A program made the position numbers and the translations under genes. From Carpediemonas membranifera BICM (lineage: Eukaryota; Protista; Fornicata), in contig JAHDYR010000035.1 in NCBI GenBank assembly GCA_019828565.1, positions 62,001-126,000 on the forward strand: DNA of 64,000 nucleotides, given 5' to 3'. Under the pieces are notes generated by a model. It did not search any database. It had not been told where the DNA came from and saw only the letters and a program-made list of their open reading frames with translations. Below are positions 32,595 through 44,378 of this stretch, in pieces. Every line of letters starts with the position of its first letter. The first letter of the stretch is position 1.

Positions 32595-33554
32595 ATAGAT
32601 GGATAATCGGAGTATGTATAGAAAGGGTTCTTTATGTTTACACTATCTTCACCAATCTACAGTCAATTACGTCTATTGCGAGCGAAGAACAGCTTTCAGT
32701 AAGAAATTTGAGGCAACTGTCAGGTAATTCTTAGTAACGTCGTCGGCAATGGCGTAATAGTCATCCATTTCAGTCAAGTGACTCAGCTTAACGCGCATTT
32801 GCTTGATTTCGGCGATAAACTCGGCCCGCTTCATTCGTTTGTCATAAAGTGCATTCCGGCCATATCACAAGTTTTCTTCATCACAAGGCACGCACGGGGG
32901 TGTAAGCGGGACCGAGGCTACCACCACAGCCTCTTCTGAGCCGATGGATACCTTTTGTTGATTTGCCAGAATTGACCAAACGACGAGGAATGCTTGATAT
33001 GCCGCGTATGGATGATTTGAAGAAGAACTGAAGGTGAAAGACAAAGATCATAGAAATACACATCATGCGGCTCACTTTTTGGAGACATTGGAGGTAAATT
33101 AGCTTTTAGGATCGTTTTTCGTTTGCCAGGCAAAGTTTTGAGTGTTTTCTCGAGAATACTCGATGCCGTATGCAATCTTGCTGCTATTTGATGCAGAACA
33201 AAGGTTGTTATGTGACACAGATGTTCTCACTTGCTTTCGGCCTTCTTTGTTGGCGAGCAAAAGCAAACTTCTTTGGGAGCAATTCCCAAAAATCGCATCT
33301 TTACGCACCCAGGAAATTTTATCTCGGCATACTGGACCAGTGGGGGAGGCACGGCAGTCTATCCCGACCCTAGATGAACCATGAGACAGTTTTTCGACGA
33401 GAGTTTGTGCGATGCCACTGACTTCGCGAGTGAAGGTCTTCAGCATGTTGTACGGATGTCTAAACGATGCCTTGTGCAAGTGCAAGGCGTAATACGCTGT
33501 AGTTTAATTGTTTGAGCGCGTTCATTTTTTCTTGCAATCGTCCTTTTTTCATGT

Positions 33555-33613
33555 ATTCCGGGACTTATTCCGGGACTTAAAGTCCCGGTTAAAGTACCAG
33601 AAAAAACAGCATG
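33555..33613 (-). repeat. Right terminal-inverted-repeat-like sequence
   Basis: Inverted counterpart of 9163-9222; the Gypsy pol frame begins immediately after it. Confidence 0.85.
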
Positions 33614-35342
33614 ACACAAACAGTTCTCATGGACGCACGAGGCCCAGTCAGCCTTTGATACCATCATATCCCGCCTCACGTCTGCCCCGACTCTTGTACA
33701 CTATAACCCGAGAGCCAAGCTGAAACTCATCACTGACGCGGCCGACTACGGTGTGGGAGGAGTCCTGCTTCAGGACGACAAACCTCTGATGTACCTGTCC
33801 AAAGCACTCACCGGCGCCCAAAAGCGTTGGCCCACGATCGAGAAAGAGATGTATGCGGTAGTTTATTGCCTGTCCAAAGCCGAACGCTATCTCCGCTGGG
33901 CACACTTCACAATTGCCACTGACCACCACAATCTCACTCGAATGCACCAAAGTGCTAACGCCAAGGTGGCAAGATGGAGCCTCCTCCTTGAACAGTTCAG
34001 CTATGACGTGATCCATGTACCAGGTATCGCAAACGGTGCCGCTGATGGACTATCCCGAGTGTGCACAGCCTTGACCAACTCCGAGGAGAACCCACACGCA
34101 GCCTCTATCAAGGAGCACCATACACTCGGCGGCCTACATCTCTCTGTGAACAGAACAGTACAGCAGCTGCGCGCCAATGGCCACGCCTGGCCCAGCATGA
34201 GACAAGCTGTCGCAGATGTCATATCACACTGCCCCGTCTGCCAGAAGACTGTCCCGACCAGACCGATGTCGTCATTTGACCTGACCCTCCAGGCACCATT
34301 CCCTATGGATACACTCTGCATTGATACGATGGGACCCTACCCCATCGACGGCGAGTTCCAACACATCCTAGTTATGGTAGACTTGTTCTCCAGATACGTC
34401 GAGATGACCCCTATCCGATCGAAAACAGCCGAGGAAGCAGCCTCGTGCGTGGTTAATCATTGGTTCCTGCGCCACGGAGTTCCAAGGAGGATTATCACAG
34501 ACAGCGGGTCTCAGTTTAAGAACAACACCTTCGCCAGGCTTTGCGACCGCCATGCCGTCGATCTTCATTTCACCGCACCATACCATCACCAGAGCAATGG
34601 TATTGTGGAGAGAGTTAACCGCGAGATCAACGCTCATATGATTGCGAGGAGATTGGAGATCAAGCATCTTGATCGCTGGTCCCAGCACATCCCTTTCGTG
34701 CAAGCAATACTCAATTCCGCGAGACACGCGTCACTTGGCGTGTCCCCGAACGAGATTGTCTTCGGCCGCGAGCTTGTCCTAGGAAACCCTGCTTCTGATA
34801 CACCTCTCAACCTGAGACGAGCAGCCGAAGCCGCCATAGCCACCGCTAAGTCGAAACAGGCTGAACGTGTACAAGCCGTGCTGTCCCAAGCCACTGGACG
34901 CATCACCCCCACTCTGCCTGAGTACATCCTACTGAGCTATCCATCCTTTAGACCAACCAAGACAGTAGCACGGTACCGTGGCCCACTACGCGTCACCGGG
35001 TATGAGTGCAATGAGTTCAACACCCCTGCAACTCTCATTGTAGAAGACCTGAACACCCACAAGTCACTGCGAGTCCACACCTCCAGATGCCATCCTTTTG
35101 AGCGAGGCTCGTTGACACTGAGGGAGCTGAAGGCCCTAGCCGCGACCGACAGCGACGAGTTCATAGTTTCAGAGGTCTCAGCCCACAGAAAGACCAAGTC
35201 TGGCTATGAGTTTGAAGTGCAATGGGCAGGCTTTGAGCCTGAAGAGGCCTCATGGCTCCCATGGTCCGAGGTTAGATCCCTCGAGGCTATCGACAAGTAC
35301 TTCACTCAGCATCCTGAGCTAGAAGGAAAAATTAAACGCTAA
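33614..35342 (+). pseudogene. 5'-truncated Gypsy pol (Gypsy-B): RNase H, integrase, chromodomain
   Basis: FSWTHEAQSAF..ITDAA, EKEMYA, ADGLSR, CPVC, IDTMGP, TDSGSQF, QSNGIVER, FEVQWAGF. Confidence 0.9.
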
Positions 35343-35638
35343 CAGCACAGCAATTGCGGTCATTGAGCCTTTCAAAGACACTGATGTTGTTATTTAGATG
35401 TTTCGACAAGGTTTTGAGCCGTCACTTGCAGCTTTCCGCCAACAGAAGGAAAAATCGGCCAGAACTCGCCAACGAAGCGTTGTTGAGGCTCAATAACACG
35501 TGATTTGAAGGTAACATACTGATAGCTGCTTAGTACTACCTTCATTGTACAAATACCGATTCTCATCCCCAAATGCCTCAAAGAATTACGCTACGCATTT
35601 ATGCAAAAGTATAAGCGCAAAGAGAGCTCCAATACCTC

Positions 35639-35820
35639 CAAAGAAAAAAGAAGAGGGAGGCACTGTTGCTATCATACCCTACCACGGCCATAGATAGCAA
35701 TATCGCAAGATATATTTATAGATACAGAATTAGATACAGATATTTGGTTTCGGCCATTTATGCATATGTGGTCTAAACCCCCTATTAAACACTCTTCGTT
35801 TACGCACTTGCAATTGCCGT
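35639..35820 (+). repeat. Polypurine tract and probable 3' LTR of Gypsy-B (LTR starts at about 35664; end undefined)
   Basis: AAAAGAAAAAAGAAGAGGGAGG followed by CAC|TGTTG; no partner LTR in the window. Confidence 0.5.
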
Positions 35821-36196
35821 ACAGCCAACGGGAATTCACTTAGGCCGTATATCGGAGAGGCCATGCGTAATCATCCCACGCAATTGCGGCGCACAGCGCG
35901 CACACTATTGGAGCACTAAGCCACAACCCATAAAATCCATCGAACCGGTGAGCAGTCACAGAGACGCCCGGTACCGCAGCGCGCAAAGAGCCGCTGGGTC
36001 AGCTAGCATTGAGCAGCTGTGTGGACGGCAGGTCCTTGGGTAAGAGTGTATATGTTGTGTGGCCAGCAAAATCTGGCGTTACATCGCGCTGACAGGTTAC
36101 CTCGGGTAACGGGCCGTGAGCGGAGGGCAATGAGATCGCCTCGCTCCGGCATGGTGATGCGCCGACCAGGCGAGCCGCGCAGTTTATGCGGGCAGA

Positions 36197-36720
36197 ATGG
36201 TAGAAAATTCGGAACATCCAGATCCGACGGCAACGAGGCTCAATAACCTAGAAGCCACAATCGCTACCATCTCGCAACAGCTTGCAAAGCTTAATCCGCC
36301 TCCTCCGCCGCCCGAGACCGAGCCGCCGAAGGAATCCCAAATTGATTTCTTCCCTGAACAAGATGAAGCGGATATTGACCAAACACTGGCAGAAATGGAT
36401 GCATACGGCGAGCTTCCGACAAAGAGACCACTTAAGGCGGAAGCAAAGTGGCTTCGCCGCGTGATGGTGATCGTCAACGCCCTCGACGACGAGCCGCTCA
36501 AAGCAAGACTCCTGGTGGAACTCCAAGCACGCCGTACCCTTCTGGACCTCAAGGACGACAACTGGTCGGACGCAACCTGCGAACTGTTTCTCGACTTGTT
36601 CAACACGTCCCAGACCAAAACCCCCCGTGCCATCTCCTACTGCGCAGCCAAAGCCAGAGCCAAGGGTAAGAGAAAGGACCAGCCCCCCGAACAAAGGGGG
36701 GGTTTCACAAGAAGCACAAG
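36197..36720 (+). CDS. DIRS-1 gag-like ORF (frame stays open far into RT)
   Basis: LKAEAKWL..ELQARRTLLDLKD, homologous to the other DIRS ORF1s in the window. Confidence 0.75.
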
Positions 36721-38773
36721 AAGTAGCCCTTGCCACAGATGTTCAGTTCCCGTCAATGAACAAAAAGTGGCCGGTGTGGGCAAGACTCGGTGCCTCCCCC
36801 GAGGTAGTAAGCTGGCTGCGGGATGGCGTCCCTATCCACCTCACCTCTGCGCCCCCTCCACCAGAACCGCAAAGGCGAGTGGACCCCCGCCTACTCCCGA
36901 AGATCGAAGAGCTAGTCGCCAAGGGCGTCCTCTCCCCGTGCCCGATAGACGAACTGCGTCACAGCGCACCCCTGTTCGCGGTGTCGAAGGGCAAAGACGA
37001 TGTCCGCCCCGTGCACGACCTCCGAGCCCTGAACGAGTTGACAGCAGAGCTGAGGGTGTTTCGTCTGTTCGGCATCAGACGGGCGGTCCGCAATCTGCAC
37101 AAGAACGACTACATGATCAAGATAGACCTAGCATCGGGATACCACCAACTTGGCGTCGCCTCGCGAGACTCCCCCCTCCTAGGCGTGGTCCTACCGGACG
37201 GCCGCGCATTCAGGTACAACACACTCGGCTTCGGATGGACAGCGGCGCCGTACGTGTTCCAGAGCACGACCATACAGCTTGCAAAGATCATCGCACACAG
37301 GTTCGGGGTGACCATCGCGGTCTATCTCGACGACTTCTTAGTGTCCCATGCCTCCCCATCGTACCTAGCTTCGGTCACCCCGCAGATCATCGACCTCATG
37401 CTATCGCTGGGGGCGATACCGGGCCTCAACAAGTGCGTCCTCACGCCGACCCAGCAGGTAGACTACCTAGGTGTCCACATAGACACCGCAAGCGAGTCCC
37501 TAAGAATCTCAAAAGACAAGGCCGAGACCTACACGGCCACGATCGCCAAGGCCCTCCGGGTCGGGTCCATCACAGCTTCAGACTGGCAGAAGCTCCTAGG
37601 CCGTCTGTCATTCTTCGCAGGGACCACACAGTTCGCCCGCCTCGCACTCAGACCACTGCAGGCCACCCCTACAACGGAGACCGTCCACCTCTCCAGCCAA
37701 ATCCGCAGGCAGCTGGCGGCGTGGCAAGTCCTCCTCCGCGATCGCCCACCCAAGAGGTTCGCCGAAGCAAGAGCGGACTGGGAAATACGCGATACGCTCC
37801 AGATTTCTGTCACCTCAGACGCATCAACGTCCGGCTGGGGAGCATGCCTGTTCAATGGGGAGAAGGGAGCGGCATCACAGGGTGCCTTCCCCCCTCATCT
37901 CAAGGGGGAACACATTGGCGTCAAGGAGCTCTTCGCGATCGCTCAGGCGATCAATCTCGTGCCCCAGCAGGAGTCACGCTCCTCTCTCACAGTCTTTGCC
38001 GACAACTCAGCTGCCATCAGCTGGGTAAACAGACGGGGATCGCCGAACCTCCCCCAGCCGCACACCAGATCCTACAGGACATCTACAACACGGCAGAAAC
38101 CAAGCGCCTCGACGTCCACTGCTTCCATATTGCCGGACACCTGAACGTCCAGGCGGACAGGCTCTCCAGGTTCGCCAAGCTCGACTGGTCGTCACCCCGA
38201 GAAGTCTTGGAAACCATCATGCGCAAGTGGGGGCCGGTCGAGATCGACGTCACAGCACGCCCCGACAAGGTTCTGGCATTACCAGGCTTTGCAGAACTAG
38301 CCTGGTCAATCCACGACAACGGCTTCCAGATGGACTGGAGGGGAGTCAGGATTTATATAGCTCCTCCTATAGCCCTTCTTGGAGTGACGTGTCGTCGCCT
38401 CCAGACAATACGCGCCTCGACCCAGACTGGGAACCCTCGACACTGGAGATCAGCGGCGATAGTCCTGTGCCCGGACCTCAACTCGCCCGAGGTCCGAGCC
38501 ATCAAACGTTTGACACCCCTCAAGTTGTACCTCAGAGTCCAGGCGAAACACCTCCTGCAGTCCGAGCTAGCCTGGACAGCGACAGACAAGGGCAAGATCC
38601 GCTTCGTGGCGCTTATCCTGAGGACCCGTTCCAAGCCCTCCTCGCTGACGACCGACTATCACATTTCAGAAACGAATCGTCGCGCCGCACAGCAGCGGGC
38701 TGGGTCGCCAAATTCCTCCAATCCCGCAACGCGAGCCACTCACACGCGCAACAGCTCAAAGAGTTCCTTCTGA
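36627..38773 (+). CDS. DIRS-1 RT, RNase H and methyltransferase-like domain (frameshift near 38050)
   Basis: IDLASGYHQ, LGFGW, YLDD, YLG, SDAS, KEL, DNS, NVQADRLSR; WGPVEID..W..YIAPP (MT). Confidence 0.9.
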
Positions 38774-39532
38774 CCGAGGGTACCACGTCGGGCCCACAGT
38801 CGATACACAGGAAAGGCTACTGGATTTGCGAGGCCGCCCCACTCGTGTCTGACTGGCGCCCCCCGACCGCTGCCAAGCAGATAATCGCCGCCGCCCGGAA
38901 CGTCGCCTCTGTAGAAGGCCTGACCGGGGGCGCGAAGCCTGTCACGTCCGCGAGAGTCCGCAGGGTCATAGACAGACGTCGGAAGTCACCCCAAGCCTTC
39001 CAGGCCGCCCTCTTTTTCTGCTCTCTGCTTTATCACCGTGAGTAGAGGCGCAGAGATCTTTGGGCTCAGACGAAGAGACGTCGAGTTCGACGCTGATGGC
39101 AATGCCCTCCTTCTGTTCGCGAGAACTAAGACTGCCACAGGCGTCCGCAAGCTGGTACCAAACCAATCGTGGGCCCGCTTTAACCCAGCAAGGGCCCTGA
39201 AGGCATGGGTCCCCACGGCAACGCGCCGCGACGACGACCTCATCTGGCGGGCGATCACCTCAACCGGTGGTATTTCACTATCGAAGCCGCTACCGGCGTC
39301 AACCCTCCGCCACTGGATCCACCAGGCGTACGGCACCGACATTTCGTGGCACTCATTCCGCAAGGGCGCCACCACGGAGTTGGCGGTAGCCCACACGAGT
39401 ACCGAAGTCCTCCTGTCCATGGGGACGTGGGCCTCCACGAAAAGCATGCTGAGATATATGGGCAACGGGGTCCGCACACACCCGGGGGTCCAGGGACACC
39501 TGGCCTCCATCCTTCTCCAACCACCACTTTAA
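38227..39532 (+). CDS. DIRS-1 tyrosine recombinase (frameshift near 39025)
   Basis: SRGAE, HSFRKGA, GTWAS, MLRY. Confidence 0.9.
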
Positions 39533-40097
39533 ATCTCTGACGGGAGCTAGTGGCTGGGAGAGCTAGGTAGGGTGGGGCTGACACGCGTTACAACGGCAGA
39601 TGTAAGCCACAACAGACATTCTTTGACGCGGTCTCTCGAGGAGACGGTCGGTTTGGGCTCGCAAGCGTGCCTGCAAGCCATTCCACAATGCTCGTTGCCG
39701 GTGGGATATCCCCGTTGGGTAGAGCAAGTATGTCTAGAGGCTAGGACAGCTAGCTGGCGTTACATCGCGCTGACAGGTTACCTCGGGTAACGGGCCGTGA
39801 GCGGAGGGCAATGAGATCGCCTCGCTCCGGCATGGTGATGCGCCGACCAGGCGAGCCGCGCAGTTTATGCGGGCAGAATGGTAGAAAATTCGGAACATCC
39901 AGATCCGACGGCACGATACTGGTCAAGACCGGTATATCCGCCCAGTAGGTAAGCTGGCCGGAGTCCCCTGATCGTTTACACTAGCTCTCTTCTTTAATAA
40001 ACGATCGCCCCCCCGTTGGGTAGAGCAAGTATGTCTAGAGGCTAGGACAGCTAGCTGGCTTCTCTGGCGTGCATTTTTGGCACTCGGAAACAAAATC

Positions 40098-40168
40098 TGC
40101 ATCAGCCGGGATTCGAACCCGGGTCCACACGATGGCAACGTGCGATGATACCCCTACACCACTGATGC
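40098..40168 (-). tRNA. tRNA-Gly(GCC)
   Basis: GCATCAG/CTGATGC acceptor stem; anticodon arm GCACG-TTGCCAT-CGTGT; T arm CCGGG-TTCGAAT-CCCGG; TTTT just downstream. Confidence 0.95.
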
Positions 40169-40209
40169 TTGAGACGTCAGCTCCGGCGTGAGATAATGGA
40201 GCATGGGCG

Positions 40210-40704
40210 ATGGATCTGCCTGATTCGATTTATTCGAGCCGAACGAATCGGGATCGAATCAATTACGGCCAGATGGCTGAAGAAACCGAGAACAACACCG
40301 GGGACCGCACGCCTGAAGCAGAGAAGATCCCAGATCCGCAGAAGCGCATCAACGAACTAACAGGCGAGTTATTGACGCTTCGAGATTTAATGTCGCTGGA
40401 GTGGCGCCACCCGGACTCACTAGCCATGCGTAACGAGTCCGAATGGCTGCAGATGCTCTACAGGGACATCGTCCTCCACCCGAGCTGGACAACCGAGACG
40501 ATCAAGCTTCAGCTAATGCTCCGTCATGAGCTTCTCCTCATTAAGGACATCAATGGCTTTCACTACGCCGACGCAGTCAAGGACTACGTCAGAGCCCGAC
40601 GTTCCAGGATCCGTGATTCCGAGAGCCTCACCGTCCTCATCGCAGAGGCCCGCTCCAGTGCCAGAGTCGCCCCCAAGAGCGATAAGCGCCCCAGAAAAAA
40701 CTAA
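40210..40704 (+). CDS. DIRS-2 gag-like ORF
   Basis: MRNESEWL..QLMLRHELLLIKD. Confidence 0.75.
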   Translation: MDLPDSIYSSRTNRDRINYGQMAEETENNTGDRTPEAEKIPDPQKRINELTGELLTLRDLMSLEWRHPDSLAMRNESEWLQMLYRDIVLHPSWTTETIKLQLMLRHELLLIKDINGFHYADAVKDYVRARRSRIRDSESLTVLIAEARSSARVAPKSDKRPRKN

Positions 40705-42666
40705 TTGTGCAAGACCATCAATCAACCGAACCACCACTCCCCACAACCCGTCGAGCGGGTTCTCTCCGCCACTCAGTGGCCGCGTGGCGGCGCTTGGGAG
40801 CGCCATCCGACGTGGTCTCTTGGGTTGGCGACGGCATACCATCGAACTGACACAACAACCGAGCAATCCTCGAATATTCCATCTCCCAGAGAAGGACTTA
40901 GCCAAGCTCGATCCGCTGGTGCGCGAAATGCTCTCATCGGGTGCCATACACCGCGTCTCATCACCACCGAAGCTCACATGTCCTCTCTTTCCAGTCCCGA
41001 AGGGTACAGACAAATGGAGAGCAGTCCACAACCTCATACCGCTCAACAAGGTCTCCAAAGAGCGCCGTACGTTCCGCTTGTTCGGTGCCAAGAGAGCAGT
41101 TTTAAGCCTTGCGCCAGGAGACATGATGATGTCGCTAGATCTCCATGCAGGCTACCACCACGTGTCCATTCACCCATCATCGCAGTCCCTCCTAGGCTTT
41201 ATTCACCGCGGCGTCCACTATCAGTTCACAGTCCTCCCATTCGGATGGTCCGCGGCGCCATTCTACTTCCAGAAGATCATGATTACCGTAGCGAAGATTA
41301 TCAAGCGCCATTGCCGCGGTGTAGGAGTTGCCGTCTATCTGGACGACCTTCTATTCTTCGGGAAGAAGAAGGCCCTTCTGCGCGAGCGCCAGCGCCTCCT
41401 GGACATCATGAATCAGCTAGGCTTTATCATCAACCACGACAAGTCAGTCCTAGAGCCCACCACAGTCCTGACATACCTCGGCATGCGCATCGACTCAGCT
41501 GCTCGGGTCATTTCCCTAGACTCGAAGAAGCGCAGCAGATACCGCCAATTGGTCGAGAGTGCGCTGATTGAAGGCAATATGAGCAACAAGAGGTGGCAAT
41601 CCCTCATCGGGAAGCTATCCTTCGCATCTCTGTGCTTCCCCGACGGCCGCGCATGGCTGAGACCTCTTCAGACAGCCACCGAGACGGAGAAAGGCTTTAC
41701 GAAAGCCGTCCTCAAGGCCCTATCGTACTGGAAGCAACTGCTGAGCAGCGAAGATCATCCTCCCCGCTCCTTCGACTCCCCTGATCAGCATGTGGGGCGC
41801 AAGCCCGGCAATCGACATCCACATCCAGTCGGACGCCTCAGAAAAGGGCTTAGCTGCCATTATCAGGGACGGCTGCAAGCAGACGATCGTATCCTCCTCC
41901 GTCTCCCCCAACAGCCCGCTCCAGAACGAGTCCATTGCGGTGAAAGAGTTCTTTGCGGCGACGAACGCCGTGGAGACGCTCCTTCCACATCTAACGGACA
42001 GGGGAGATCACCGTATTCATCGACAACAGCAACGCCTGCGCCTGGCTGAACAAGCAGGGATCAACGCGAGCCCCGCCGATGATCCAGGACGCTTTTCTCA
42101 CCCTCTTTTCCCGCTTGGCCGCCTGCCAGATCACACTGAGAGCCCAGCACGTCAGCGGGCACCTCAATGTCTCCGCAGATGCTCTGTCGAGATACCAGCG
42201 ACTGGAATGGCGGACACCACGAGGGATCCTCGCTGCCATACTGGAGGAGTGGGGCCCTCTCGAGGTCGACGTGACTGGTGGGAGGGACAAGGAGTTACTA
42301 CTTCCCGGCTTCGTCGAGCGTTCGCTCACGCTGGCCGAGAGCGGCATGAGCTCGGAGTGGCGCAGCAAGAGAGTCTTCGCAGCACCACCATACGCCCTTC
42401 TTCCAGCCGTAGCCAACCGACTGGCCCTCATTCGCGCCTCACCAGCCTCACATCCGAGGCATACCAAGTCTGCAGTGGTCGTGGTGATGCCCGACGTCCA
42501 GTCCGAGGCGGTACGCCGCATCAAGGGCCTCTCCCCCTTCAAGAGAACGTTCAGGGTCTACGCGGAGGACATGAAGGACTCAGAGCTCCAGAACATCCTC
42601 GTGGGGGAAAAGCCGCGGCTCCTCGCCGTCTTCGTGCCGACGACGCCGCTTTCAACGCAGTACTAG
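40526..42666 (+). CDS. DIRS-2 RT-RH-MT (frameshifts near 41780 and 42000)
   Basis: LDLHAGYHH, LPFGW, YLDD, SDAS, NVSADALSR, WGPLEVD, AAPPY. Confidence 0.9.
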
Positions 42667-43546
42667 GTCTAGACGAGCTCAAAGGCTACGTGGCAACGAC
42701 CAGGCGTGACACGGCGGGTGTCGTCTCCCAGTTCCTGACCTTCCGAGAGGCCAACCCGGCATCGGACCGCGACACATTCCTGGCGTGGCTCGCTCGCGAG
42801 GCTGAGCTAGTAGGCCCAGACCGTCTGGCGCACCGGGGCTCGCTGGTGGTAAGGTTTGCACCCCTGGTATCAACGTGGGCACCCCCAGCTGCTCAAAAGG
42901 CATTCATCACCGAAGCGAAGCGCGCTACAGTCCCCAGGCCGCAACGCAAGGTCCCAGTGCGGGCTGCACGCATCCACCGCCTGATCCCCAAACTCGCCGG
43001 CCGCGACGAGGAGTTCCACCAAGCCTTCTTATTCGGCGTCGTTGCCTACGCAACAATGTCGAGGCGCAGTGAGATCCTACCCCTCACTCCTCGGGATATC
43101 AGGGTGAAAGCAGGACTCGGCGTCTCTATCACCATCGACTCCACCAAGACAGGGCTTCGCGCAGTTAAGAAGTTCATCCCGTGGGTCGAAGGCGCGCTCA
43201 ATCCGGCAGGGATGCTCATGGCTCACCTGCAGCGCTGGTGCCAGGACAGAGACGCCACCATCTGAAGTCCCCCAACCTCGATGGGTCGAGGCTGGACCGA
43301 GGGCCGTTGCCCCCCGCTATGCTCCAAGACAAGCTGAAGCAGGTCTTTGGAGACCCAGTTGGATCCCATAGCTTCCGTCGCGGGGCCGCAGCGGACGCTG
43401 TACTTCGCGGAATGCCCACTCCAGTGGTCATGGCCCTCTGTACTTGGAAGTCCGAGAGTTCCCTCCAGAGCTACATCGCCGAAGCGGTGCGGCTCGACCA
43501 GGAGACAGCTGTGACGAGGTGCGAATGGTTCGCGCACCTCGAATAG
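42630..43546 (+). CDS. DIRS-2 tyrosine recombinase (frameshift near 43265; start uncertain)
   Basis: MSRRSE, KTG, HSFRRGA, TWKS, LQSY. Confidence 0.88.
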
Positions 43547-43859
43547 CAGTCGTCTCCTTCCTTTACTCGTACGGGTACGAGTGGTCCATAAAGATTGAAT
43601 GGTCACCATCGGGATGGTGTAGGCGTGCGGGCGGGAAGCCCCAGGAGAATTCATAAGTGAATGTGAGTGTCTGCCTAGTCAGACACCGACACCAACGGCG
43701 ACGTGACAATTCCGCGACGGGGCGGAGACACGCCAAGTGCGGCGTCCTGGGCAAGCCTCCGAGATCCGGGAGATCCGAGGTGAATCTTTATGAGATTTGA
43801 TGGGCGATTTGATTGATGATTCGTTTGGCGGGAGGAGATCGAATCAGGCAGAAGGAGAG

Positions 43860-44378
43860 ATGGAAGGAGAAGCAGAAGAAGTCAGAGCCCCTGACGAGCA
43901 GGGGAACGTCCAACCAGTCGAAGAAGATGAGCTTAAGGTCCTACGCAAGGAACTACTCCTCATGAACGCTCGTGTGCAGGAGCTGCAGAGGAACGCCCGC
44001 AACGAGGGCTGGTCCAAGCCTCAGTCCTCCTCAATGCGCGAGGAAGCTGATTGGATCGAGCGCATATACCGTATGATGCGCTACGAGGAGCCGATCGACA
44101 TCGACGTCATCTTGCTCGAGCTCTACGCACGCCACCGATCTCTCGACATCAAGGACCGTTACGGCTACCAGGCAGCCGCAGCTGTGAGCATCGCTTCAAA
44201 GGCTTTCATCGCCACCCCGCCGAGAGACGCCCAACACGCCGATGTTGCCACACGCCAACTGGAGCTCGAGCAGCGCATTCTTCACACGCTGGCAAAATTT
44301 CCCCGTCTGGCCCAGGCTCAGCAAGAGCGCTCCGCCTTCAAGGCGGGCAAGCCCGGACCGAAAAGAAGCCGCCAGTAA
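43860..44378 (+). CDS. DIRS-3 gag-like ORF
   Basis: MREEADWI..ELYARHRSLDIKD. Confidence 0.75.
   Translation: MEGEAEEVRAPDEQGNVQPVEEDELKVLRKELLLMNARVQELQRNARNEGWSKPQSSSMREEADWIERIYRMMRYEEPIDIDVILLELYARHRSLDIKDRYGYQAAAAVSIASKAFIATPPRDAQHADVATRQLELEQRILHTLAKFPRLAQAQQERSAFKAGKPGPKRSRQ

Larger units (their letters stand above)
9163..33613. mobile_element. Candidate giant cargo-carrying TIR DNA transposon (about 16 kb without the nested LINE)
   Basis: Inverted ~60-bp termini that each truncate a flanking ORF; DDE transposase-like ORF 1 kb from the right end; no TSD. Confidence 0.5.
36073..40059 (+). mobile_element. Complete DIRS/PAT-type YR retrotransposon (DIRS-1) with split direct repeats
   Basis: A1 36073-36232 = A2 39754-39913; B1 39710-39758 = B2 40011-40059; CTGGC at both ends and at the B1/A2 junction. 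Confidence 0.92.
40169..43650 (+). mobile_element. DIRS-type YR retrotransposon (DIRS-2); ends uncertain
   Basis: gag, RT-RH-MT and YR in canonical overlapping order. Confidence 0.85.

Noticed and set aside
9163-33613. Polinton/virophage or Helitron
   Set aside because: No recognisable pPolB, capsid, packaging ATPase or Rep/helicase motifs
36067-36075. CAAAATCTG shared between the DIRS-1 left junction and the tRNA 3' flank (40091-40099)
   Set aside because: Only 9 bp, and it does not coincide with the right element boundary; plausibly chance
38160-38640. Novel DNA adenine methyltransferase system
   Set aside because: The MT domain is a known DIRS/PAT component, and the NPPY-type motif is degenerate here (IAPP, AAPPY, LAPPW)
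36197-38773. 858-aa gag-methyltransferase fusion
   Set aside because: Artefact of a frameshift near 38050 that swaps the RT-RH-MT frame into the overlapping gag frame
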